A stretch of 63,996 bases of DNA, counting the filler, from Peribolospora baueri (taxonomy: Eukaryota): the NCBI GenBank assembly GCA_029717555.1. It is 35 parts of 35 records of this genome, joined end to end, with 100 filler letters (N's around TTAATTAATTAA, not from the genome) between each part and the next. Parts side by side here need not be neighbours in the genome. Positions count along the whole stretch, not along the records: positions 1 to 2,783 come from JAMDHS010000221.1; positions 2,884 to 5,300 come from JAMDHS010000224.1; positions 5,401 to 7,719 come from JAMDHS010000226.1; positions 7,820 to 10,079 come from JAMDHS010000227.1; 31 more parts are not named here. One strand, written 5' to 3'. Below, one piece after another: positions 1-10,179 of the stretch; within the stretch, counting starts at the first letter, position 1; the number at the start of each line of letters is the position of its first letter. The notes below the pieces were generated by a model, which searched no databases, was not told the DNA's origin, and was given only the letters and a program-made list of their open reading frames with translations. A program made the position numbers and the translations under genes.

Positions 1-2783
1 GGAAGAGGGAGAGAGAGGAGAGGAAGAGGAGGAAGGAGGGGAGGGAAGGGAAGAAGAAGAGGAAGGAAGGAGGGGGGAAAAGGAAGAGAGGGAAGAGAGG
101 GGGGGGAGGAGAAAAGAGGAAAGGGAGAAAAGGGAAGAAGGAAGGGGAGAAAGGGGAAAGGGGAAAAGAAGGGGGAAAGGGGGGAGGAGAGAAGAAGAGA
201 GAGGGAAGAGAAGGGGAAAAGGGAGAGAGGAGGAGAGAAGAAGAGAGAAAGGGAAGAAGGGGAAGAGGAAGGAAAAGGGAGGAGGAGGGGGGAAGGAAAA
301 GGAAAGGAAAGAGGAGAAGGAGGAGAGGAAAAGGGGAAGAGGGAGAGGGGAGAAGGAAAGAAAAGAAAAAAGGAAAGAGGAGGAGAAGGAGAGAGGGGGA
401 AGAGGGAGGAAGAGAAAGGAAAGGAGGAAGGGGAAGGGGAGGAAGAGAAGGAAAGGGAAAAGAAGAGGGAAAGAAAAGGGAGAGAAAGGGAGGAAGAAGA
501 AAAGAAGAAGGGAGAAAAGGGGAAAAGAAGAGAGGGGAGAGAAGAAGGGAGAGAAGGGAAGGAGGAAAAAGAGAGAAGGAAAGGAGGGAGAAGGAGGGGA
601 GAGAAGGGGGGGGGGAGGAGGGAAGGGGGAGGAGGAAGGGGGAAAAGGAGGGGAAGGAGGAGGGGAAAAGAGAGGGGGAAAAGGAGGGGAAAGGAGGGAA
701 AAAGGAAGGGGAGGAAGGAGGGAGGAAGGAGAAAGAGGAAAAAAAGAAGGAGAAAGGGGAAGGAAAAGGGGAAGAGGAAGGGAGAAGGAAAAAAGAGAAG
801 GGAGAGGGAAAGAAAGGGGGGGGGAAGAAAGGGGAGGGAGGAAAAGGGAGAGGAAGGGAAAAGGGAAGAAAGGAAAAAAAGAGAGGGGAAAAGGAGGGAG
901 GAAAGAGGAAGAGAGGAAGGGAGAAAAAGGAAGAGGAAGAGAAGGAGGGAAGAGAAGGAAGGGAGGAAAGAGAGGAAAAAGGGAAAGAGAGAAGAGAGAG
1001 AGAAAAAAAAGAAAAGGGAAAGGGAGGGGAAGAAGAAGAGGGGAAAGAAGAAAAGGGGGAGAGGGAAGAGAGGGGGAAAGGGGGAAAAGAAAGAGAGGGG
1101 GGAGAAGAAGGGGGAGAGGAGGAGAAGGGGAAAGAAAAAGAAAGAGAGAGGAGGGGGAAGGAGGAAAGGAAGAGGAGAGGGGAGGAAAGGAAAAAAGGGG
1201 GGAGGGAAGGGAAAGGGAGGGAAGAGAAGGGGGGAAGAAAGGGGAAGGGGGGGAGGGGGGAGGGGGAGGAAAAGAGGGGAAAAAAGAAAGAAGGGGGAAG
1301 AAGGGGGAAGAAGGGAGAAAAGAAAGAGAAAGGGGAAAAAAAGGGGAAAAGGAAAAGGGAGGGGGAGGGGAAGGGGGAAGAAAAAAAAGGAAAGGGGGGA
1401 AGAGAGAGAAGGGAGGAAAGAGGAAGAGGAGGAGAGAGGGGAAAGAAAAGGGAAAAAAGGGAGAAAGGGAGGGGGGAAGAAAAGAGGGAAGAGAGAAGGG
1501 GAGGGGGGAGAAGGAGAGGGAGGAGAGGAAGAGAAGAAAGAAGAAGAAGGAGGGAAGAGGGGGAGGGGGAAAAAAAGAAGAGGGAAAGGGAGAGGGGGGG
1601 AGAAAGGAGGGAGAAAGGGGAGGGGGAAAAGAAGGAGGGAGGGGAGGAGGAAGAGGAAGGAAAAGGAGGAAGAGAGGAAAAGGGGAGGAAGAGAAGGGGG
1701 AGGGGAGAAGGGAAGAGAGGGAAAGGGAGAGAAGAGAAAAGAGGAGGGAGAAGGGAGGAAAGAAGAGAAGGAAGAAGAAGGGAGAGAAAAGAAGAAGGGG
1801 GAAAGAAAAGGGGAGGAGAGGAAAAAGAGAGAGGAGGAGAGGGAAAAAGAGAGGGAGGGGAAAGGAGGAGGGGGAGGAAAGGAAGGAGGAGAGGGAAGGA
1901 GGAGGGAAAGGGAAAGAGGGGAGGGGGGGAAGAGAGGGAAGAAGAAGGGAAGGGGAAAGGGGGGAGGGAAGAAGGAGAGGAGAAGGGGGGAGAAGAGAGG
2001 AGGAGGAGAAGAAGGGGGGAGAAAGAGGGGGGAAAAGGGGGGGAAAGGGGAGAGGGGGGGGAGGAAAAGAGGAGGAGAAGGAGGGGGAGGGAGGGGAAGA
2101 GGAGAAAAAAAAAAGAAGAAAAAGAAAAAAGAGGGGGGAAGGGGAGAGAGGGAGGAGGAGAAGGAGGGGGAGGGAGGAAGAGAAAGAAAGGGAAGAGGAG
2201 AGAAAAGGAGGAGAAGAAGGGAGAAAGAGGGAGAAAGAGAGGAAGAAGAGGAGGAAAGAGGAAAGGGAAAGAAAGGAAGAAAGGAAGAGAGGAAAAGGGA
2301 AGAAAGGGAAAGGGGAGGAAGGAAGGAGGGGGGGGAAGAAGAGGGAAGAAGAAAGGAGGAAGGGAAAGAGGGGGAGGGGGAAGGAAAAGAGGAGAAAAGG
2401 GAGGAAGGGGGGAGGAGAGGAAGGAAAGAAGGGGGGAGAGGAGGAGGGGGGGGGGGGGGGAAGGGGGGAGGGAGAGGGGGGGGAGGGAGGAAAGAGAAAG
2501 AGAGAGAGAAGGGGGAGAAAAAGAAGGGAGAAGGAAGAGGGAAAGGAGAAGGGGGGGAAAAAAGGGAAAGAGGGGGGAGAAGGAGAAAAGGAGAGAGAGG
2601 GAGGGGAGAGAGGGAGAAAGAGAAGAAGGAGGAAGAAGAAGGAGGGAGAAAGAGGGAAGAGGGGAGAAAAAAGGGGAGGGAAGAGAAGAAGGAGAAGAGA
2701 GAGAGAGAAAAAGAGAGAGAGAGAGGAGAGAGAAAGAAGGGAGGAGGAAAAGAGGAGGAAAAGAAAGGGGGGAGAAAGGAGAG
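1..2783. repeat. Purine-only (A/G) aperiodic low-complexity contig, probable sequencing/assembly artefact
   Basis: Only A and G over the whole contig, with no periodic unit. Confidence 0.8.
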
Positions 2784-2883
2784 NNNNNNNNNNNNNNNNN
2801 NNNNNNNNNNNNNNNNNNNNNNNNNNNTTAATTAATTAANNNNNNNNNNNNNNNNNNNNNNNNNNNNNNNNNNNNNNNNNNNN
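2784..2883. other. Artificial contig linker N44-TTAATTAATTAA-N44, repeated between all contigs in the window
   Basis: Identical 100-nt spacer with stops in all six frames recurs throughout; contigs decrease in length along the window. Confidence 0.99.
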
Positions 2884-3394
2884 GTCGCTTGTAGAAGCCA
2901 CCGAAGCCTTTACCGAAGCCGAAGCCATCAAAGCCGCCATCAAAACCCCCATCGAATCCGCCACCACGCTCGACGGCGTTGGGTGCCTCGTCCTCCCGCT
3001 TGTAGAAGCCACGGTGGAAGCCGTCGCGGAAGCCGTCGAAACCTTTGCCGAAGCCGAAGCCATCAAAGCCGCCATCGAATCCGCCACCACGCTCGACGGC
3101 GTTGGGTGCCTCGTGCTCCCGCTTGTCGAAGCCATGATGACGGAAGAGGCCGCCGTGCAGTTCCTGCCGCTTGGAGAAGCCGATCGGGCGGGTTATCCCA
3201 AACGGGTCGGTGAAGGCAAGGCCTCCATACTGGCGCTTGGAGACGTCAAGGCCATCCGAGCCCGAACCGGCGTCGCCCAAGGCCCAGCTGCGCCGCACAA
3301 GGGCGCTGTCATCACCTCGCTCCACGGGCGTGGCGCTCGCGGAGGCAATGGCCAGCGCAAGAGCGGCGAAGGAGGCCGTGCACCGCATGATCAT
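2884..3394 (-). CDS. Secreted Kex2-processed repeat protein (KEP), Gly/Phe-rich, 3'-partial
   Basis: M(IM)RCTASFAALALAIASASA signal peptide, then RR/KR-delimited peptides (QYGGLAF.., QELHGG.., E[H/D]EAPNAVERGGGFDGGFDGFGFGKGF.. x2); ORF runs off the contig. Confidence 0.85.
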
Positions 3395-3553
3395 TGTTGC
3401 GAGTTTCCGGGATAGGGGAGGGCGAAAAGAGTAAACTGCGCAAAGAGTGAGAGGTTCGTCCAAGGACAAGGTGTTGTCGATGCTGTTGTCGGTGTCGAAG
3501 TTCGTTGGCTGAAGAGATGGTGGAAGCAGCCAGAGCGCTCGGCGAGGAAGAGC

Positions 3554-3560
3554 TATATAT
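3554..3560 (-). promoter_or_regulatory. Putative TATA box of the KEP gene
   Basis: ATATATA about 160 nt upstream of the ATG, followed by a pyrimidine-rich leader. Confidence 0.35.
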
Positions 3561-5026
3561 CTTGCTGGCGAGCGCCGGCCTCGCGCATGGAACATGCTGC
3601 CATGCGACCCCAGTGTAGATGGTGTCGGTCGACAACGTCAAGGGACGGGAAGGTGAGACAAAAGGCAGAAAAGACAGGATCGGTGAGCATGAACAGCCGT
3701 ACGATTGCAGTGCTGGGGTTGGTCTCAGTCTCAGGTCGAGCGCGACAACATCGGTGAGCGTAGATGCAAGACTCGATTCCGCCTTCCTCCCCGACGCAGA
3801 TCCACAACATCCGGCCAGACCTGCGATGAGAGGGTGCGTGATCGTCAGCCGTCTCACGACGGTGTTTGTTCTCGGCGTTGTAGATGCTCGTCAAGGGTCA
3901 GCGCAAGTCGTCGCCGTAAGTCAACTGTCGTCATGTGTCACGTGCCAGACTTGCCGATCATCTATCGCGTGATCTGTTGGTTTTTTATTAACACCAGTGT
4001 GTATTAACATAAACATCCTTTGAGGAGGAGTTCGCACCTTCGTAGAGCCCCAAATTGGTCGTAGTTCTTCAAATCTTAAGTGGAAACCTTCAACTATGCG
4101 CAGGCGTGCCTTATTAGTGGGCAGTATTCCGGACTGTTGTTCTAAACAAGTCTCTTTGGATGCTAGGCGCACGGGGGTCGTGAAAGACTTCGCGCGAAGT
4201 TGATGTTCTTGGCGTAGCGAGGTTCGGCAAACATGGCCATGATGAACTTTGGATAGGTAATCAGTCCTTGACGATTCGAGGTGACTACTAGGCGGAATGC
4301 AACAACCATGGGCAAAAACGCGCTTTTGTCGATAGGCCTGTTTTCCTGTCCATGACTTCCTGGTCCTCGTACGCAAGACTCGACATTTCAAAAAGGGCCA
4401 ATACGGATCCCATGTCAAGATTCAGCTTTCTCCTAGTGAGCTAGCCCTTGCTCCCCATGTCCCGCCATTGCGGACCACATTGCATCACGTCTATGGAAGG
4501 AGTCCGGCTTCAGGTGGATGTAAGTGTTTTCTGACTCGACCAATGCGGGTTTTAGACATGTCTGGTGCTTGAAATCAGTCTTATGAGATTATGTTTCCTT
4601 CATTTATATAAGCAATGGCGGCCGAGATGCCACGGGCGCCTCTCCAACCTGGAGGTACCACTGTGCACAGGATCAAGACAAGCGTAAGCGGCTTGTACTA
4701 GAAGATGAGCTCAAGCGCATGACGAACACACGACAAGTCTTTGTCCGCTGCCATGGCAAACTTAGCAACGTCAACATTGAGAAGCAGTTTGCCATTCTGT
4801 TCGAGTGCCCGAGCGAGTCGAGCGCGGAGGGTAGAGAAGAGAAAGTGCGTCGAGGTGGTGGTGGACGAGCAAAGAGACAAGGAGAGGATGCAACAGCGAG
4901 TCCTTTTCTCTTTTCCACCGCCAGCAGCTCGTCACGGCGGTACAGAGAAGACGGCCTCGGAATCGCCGACAGCGCACTTGGCATCATCGTCATTCGATGC
5001 GCCGCGAAGAACGACCAGGAATGAGA

Positions 5027-5068
5027 GACAGAGAGACAGACAGACAGACAGACGGACAGACAGACAGA
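5027..5068 (+). repeat. (GACA)n microsatellite
   Basis: gacagagagacagacagacagacagacggacagacagacaga. Confidence 0.85.
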
Positions 5069-5400
5069 AATATAAACCATTTTCGACAGAGATTCACATG
5101 CACGAGGTGGCCTACAACATGGTCGGTCGCATCGTCGTTCGACGCGCGTTACTCACACACCCCCTCTTCAGATACATATTCCTCGGACTATATAGACGCC
5201 TCGTACACCTCTATTTTTCTTCTAAAACAGTTTTGATTTTATTCTATAATTATTATACCTATCGAAAATTAGTAAATTCAAATAGAATTGGAAATCGTTC
5301 NNNNNNNNNNNNNNNNNNNNNNNNNNNNNNNNNNNNNNNNNNNNTTAATTAATTAANNNNNNNNNNNNNNNNNNNNNNNNNNNNNNNNNNNNNNNNNNNN

Positions 5401-6187
5401 GGCGAGCGAGGTGGGGGAGAGGTGTACCGAAAAGGGGTCAGAGGTGGAGACGGGTTCGGGGGTCCAAGGTTTGACGGTCAGGTTGTATCGCTCGGCTAAG
5501 CGGGTCCATGGTCCTCGGTTGGCTAGGGTTTGAGAATGCCGAATCGGAAGGGATCTTAGAGTCCATGACAGTCTCCAATTCCACAATGCAGGACACGTCA
5601 TGCCCACCCTCATGATCAATACTGCTGACGATGATCTCGTCTCCATCCTCCCACATTTCTCCGTCCGACACCTCCCTTCCCTCCATTTGCGCTTTCCTCC
5701 TCTTCTCGAGGGAGGTCTCAATTGCTCGACTGACGTTCTGGACGAGCTGTGTGGTCGATGATCCAAACACAATCTCTTGAGGGGAGGAGGCGTTGATGAG
5801 AGCTGCGACGGCGCAGGTGCCGGCGAGGACGCGAGACTCGCCCAGGAGGGAGAGTGGGGAGTCGGCATCTTGCGAAGCAGGTAAGAAGCGGGGCAAAAAA
5901 CAGGGAGAGGGAGGATCACCAGCGGAGGCGAGTGGCCCGTCAATGTCAGTAGAGCCGATGTCAATCCATCCTCAGATTGGTTGAGCCCCAGGGGGAGAAA
6001 AAGGATACACACAGAGCTGAACAGGGCACTCGAGCAGGTATTCGGACACACAGTCGGCCACTGAGCCGAGCACCTGACTCCCGCCGGCGTTTTCGGCAAA
6101 CACGAACCCGGGCCATTTGGCAAAGGCCGGAAAGCGCGGGCGGACCTCTGTGGCTATGTCTAGGGGGCGCAGGTGGGTGGGAGCCAT
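5401..6187 (-). CDS. Class V PLP-dependent aminotransferase / cysteine desulfurase-like protein, 5' half (exons approx. 6187-6013, 5868-5608, 5522-5401)
   Basis: FAENAGGSQV, EIVFGSSTT and DHE|ANRGPW motifs; GT-AG introns; 5401-5527 is the exact reverse complement of 51501-51627. Confidence 0.85.
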
Positions 6188-6666
6188 GACGGTGGAAGGT
6201 GAAGGAAGGATGAGAGAAGAGTACGGAAGACGGGACACAAGAGCCGGGTGGGGTCGTCGGCTGAGTGCTTGATTATCTATCTTATCTTATCTTCCGCCCG
6301 CAGCACGTGGATGCTTTGCGCCGAGCCGTCTTCGCCGGGTGCGAGTGGACCGGCCGGAGGAGACGACGAGAAGGAAATCGGGATGGCTATCAGGGCATCC
6401 GTACGATTGCAATCTGTCTCATGCCAGCAGCAACTTTGAAAAAGGCCTGCTGTTCTGCACGGCCCGAGTCGGATTCTATGCGAGTTACGGCCGTACAACG
6501 TGTGGAGTTGCGGGGTGGGCTACGGAAGGAGCGCCAACCGGTGCCGGCATGAGACAGCCCGATGGCGAGGAAGATGGCATCTATTTAATCAGCAGAAACA
6601 AATCAGAAGGGCTTCTTCTCTCTTCGTCTTCCAGCCCTTCCCCTTCCATTCCCATCCGAACGAACC

Positions 6667-7580
6667 ATGTCCTCCACTGCCATTCCGCCCACACAGACTC
6701 GCATCGTCCTCAACTACCGCCCCAAGGACGAGATCGACACCTCATACGGCAATGCCACCTCCACGTTCCGCATCGAGAAGGATGCGCGCGTGCCGTCAAA
6801 CGAGAAGGAATTGAAGGAAGGCGAAGTGCTCGTCAAAGTCGAGTACATCAGCCTCGATCCCGCTATGAGAGGCTGGTTGAGGGACGTGAGGAGGTGAGCC
6901 TCTTGCAATCCTTCTTCCATCTTTGTCTTCCTTCCCTGCATGAGCTCTGCATCAGGGGACGAGCTGTTCCCATTCGCAGCAAAGGCCCACTATCCGATGA
7001 ATAACCATGGACCCATTCGATTTGCCATTTGCCTCTCCTTCCTTTCCATTGCTCAACATGGTGCACAATCACTAGCTACTTACCCCCAGTGGGCATCAAC
7101 GAGGTGATGCGAGCTAGCGGACTGGGCGAGGTTGTTCTTTCCACGTTCCCCGATCTTCAGCCCGGTGACAAAGTGCAGGCTCCGGTCGGGTGGCAGCAAT
7201 GGGCCGTACTGAAAGGAAAGGACTGCGTAAAGCGGATGTGCGTCTTCCTTTTCCTTTTGCGCTCTCTCTATCGCCCCGCTGCTGGGGCTTGCCTTCCCCA
7301 CTCAGTGACAGCGCTTTCTATTCTTGCTAGCTCATTTCGGTATTCATCCATCCCTACCCTCACCACTGGTTTTTATTCCAATGCGATCACCTTCACAGCC
7401 CGCCTCCGCAACTCTCCCTGCTCGACTATCTCGGTCCTCTCGGCATGGTTGGCCAAACCGCCTACTGGGGGCTTTTCGACGTGGGCCAGGTCAAACCGGG
7501 GGACACGGTCGTCGTCAGCGGCGCCGCAGGTGCGGTCGGGAGCTATGTCGTACAGATGGCCAAGATTAAGGAGGCTAGAG
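6667..7580 (+). CDS. NADP-dependent MDR oxidoreductase (prostaglandin reductase / alkenal reductase-like), 3'-partial; exons 6667-6893, 7076-7237, 7399-7580
   Basis: YISLDPAMRGW, SYLPPV, LGMVGQTAYWGL and VVVSGAAGAVGS motifs; spliced frame is continuous; divergent from the PLP gene. Confidence 0.88.
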
Positions 7581-7819
7581 GTAAGTAGACGGGCGAGTGG
7601 GTGAGAAACTGTCGGACAGGACGAGTGCTGCTGATCGCTGATCACCGGGCCTACACCTCACCCGTCGGATCCGTCGGCCTATATTGTACTCGATGGCGCC
7701 CATCAACCTCTGCGAATCANNNNNNNNNNNNNNNNNNNNNNNNNNNNNNNNNNNNNNNNNNNNTTAATTAATTAANNNNNNNNNNNNNNNNNNNNNNNNN
7801 NNNNNNNNNNNNNNNNNNN

Positions 7820-8085
7820 GCGGAGCCATAATTTAGTTTACCTTTGTCAGATCGTTCACGTTTAGGTACAACAATAGTACCATATCCCTCAATAAGTCCT
7901 GCAATATAAGAACTTAGAAAAATAGGAGTAATAGAACTCATATGAGAAATAGATAGTTCTGGCGCACAGTCGTTGAGGTTCCATAGAAACTCGAAATTTT
8001 CATATGTTACCTGCTGATTGTCTCCTCCTGCTTCGGATAAAGAGAGTTCCCAGCATACAGCCAGATTTAGAGCTGGCACAAATTT
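7820..8085 (-). mobile_element. Mitochondrial group I intron at about cox1-615 (5' part) with exon-fused LAGLIDADG ORF
   Basis: ORF continues in frame from the exon; [11 protein letters not shown] motif, with the catalytic Asp position replaced by Tyr. Confidence 0.8.
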
Positions 8086-8207
8086 ACCGGCTAATACTGG
8101 TAATGATAGTAATAATAATATTGCTGTTACAAAAATAGCCCATACAAATAATGGTACTTTATGTAAGGTCATTCCAGGATTTCGCATGTTTAAAACAGTA
8201 GTGATGA
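8086..8207 (-). CDS. cox1: Mitochondrial cox1 exon (122 bp)
   Basis: (F)[40 protein letters not shown]; preceded by an intron-terminal G and ends in T. Confidence 0.93.
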
Positions 8208-9824
8208 CTAAAAAAAAATAGAGAATTAGAAGCGGATGATTATAATTTCTATTCCTTTTTATGGACTATATCTTATATACTTTTCAGTATATCCTAACAT
8301 ATAGTCTCTGAGGAAGTATCTATGTATTACCACTAGATATCTTTCCTGCTGATTAGTCATGTTAAACTTGAAATTTTTACTAAATTTAGTATTCAAGATT
8401 TATGAAACTTTCAGCATATAGTTAGTTTACGAACCTCATTAATATAATTTAATAGCATTTTTATCGCTCCGCGCCCCAAGAATAATAAATATAGCCTTCT
8501 TTTTGTTTTTTTTTTTTAAAAAAAGAAAATAGTGATATATAATTTTATACGATTTATATTTCCAGATAAAACCTTTATAAGGTAACTCTTTTTCAATTGC
8601 TTTAATTAAAACTCTTCGATCAGCTGATCCAGATTGTTTTAAAAATGTAATAGCTTGAGTCAGAGTATCAAAATAATATTCTACAGATAATGTTTTAATA
8701 TTTAATGCTAAAACTGGTTTAAAATGTTTTAACATTTCGAATTTATTTTGATTATGTTTTATTCTATCTAATTTCAATTGAGTGGATAATTCAGAAACTG
8801 TCATAGAAGTTTCTGTTGCACTAACAATAGCTTCTCTAGTAAACCTATATTTATCGCGCGGAGCGATAAATATGGTCTATTCTCATTTAAACATTTAGTA
8901 AATGTGCTATGATGTATATTCAACATTCTAATAAAGTCTTTTTGTTTATCGGATGAAAAATATATAATTGTATGCGCCCGTTATTTTTTTTTTTAAATTA
9001 GCGTGCGCCCCGCGCGTGAAGAAGATTATATAAATATAAAGGTTTAGCATTTGAACCACTAGGATTATTAGATACTCGAATTGTATTTAATGTAAATGAT
9101 GGATCTAGTAAAAAGTATTGTTCTAATACCATTTCAGATCTAAAATCATAGTTGTTAATTAATGGAATAACAGTCAGTGAAAAGTCAGATAATGGTTTAC
9201 TATAAAATAAGGGTCGGCGCGCAGCGCACAAATTTCCCATTTATTTCGTTGGCGGAGACAGACCTAATAAATAGGAATTAATTCTTTTACCCAATTCAGA
9301 GGATGATCCAACGTATTTATCACCTGTAGGTAAATATGTAAACATATAAATTCCTGGTACTTTAATTTTACCATAAGGAGAACCTATTAAAGGTAGTAAT
9401 TTTTTTTTTAGATCATCAATGGTAGTTAATGAAGAAAAAGTATATCGTTTTGCATCGTTTTTTTTTACAAAAAAAATAAGGTTTGTAATTCATTTTCAGT
9501 AATGATAATATTACAATATTCAAGAATAGAATTAATTACTAAATATGTAGTTGGTAAACCACTTTTCATATGATTTATCGCTAAAGAATGGTAATCTTTA
9601 TTTGGCGGCGGAGCCGGCGGAGCCACCCTTTTCTACCAAATATTATATCCCACCTATTGCTTTAACTTTTTTATTATCATTTGAATTTTTATCTGAATTT
9701 ACATCCTGTTCTGATTTAGAAGATTTATACATTATACTTGATGTAGAAAAGAAGGCTATATTTGAGAATAATGATATATTGATATCATTAGAAATATCTA
9801 TTAAAATTATATTTTCTAAACATA
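8208..9824 (-). mobile_element. Group I intron at about cox1-493 with a degenerate GIY-YIG homing endonuclease ORF
   Basis: PGIYMFTYLPTGDKYVGSS motif near 9360-9305; ORF broken by stops, frameshifts and GC-rich inserts; intron ends in G. Confidence 0.82.
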
Positions 9825-9931
9825 AGTTCATTGCACCTAGCATACTTGAAATACCTGCTAAGTGTAAACTAAAGATAGCTAAATCAACAGATCCACCTGA
9901 GTGACTTTGAATTCCTGCTAATGGAGGATAA
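9825..9931 (-). CDS. cox1: Mitochondrial cox1 exon (107 bp)
   Basis: [35 protein letters not shown]; exon sizes 107 and 122 match the common fungal intron sites 386/493/615. Confidence 0.93.
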
Positions 9932-10179
9932 CATAAAAAAGTTAGTGATCTCATACCTATTTCAATATATTATAGAACACATATATTAGAAATAATAAGG
10001 TACTATCATCACATTCTTTAGTTCTCACTAAAGATCGGACTATGCCTTCATCCTAATTTATTCAATATGTATAAATGTGNNNNNNNNNNNNNNNNNNNNN
10101 NNNNNNNNNNNNNNNNNNNNNNNTTAATTAATTAANNNNNNNNNNNNNNNNNNNNNNNNNNNNNNNNNNNNNNNNNNNN

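Noticed and set aside
3320..3330. RGD adhesion motif in three secreted proteins
   Set aside because: The Arg is the probable cleavage residue, so RGD would not survive processing.
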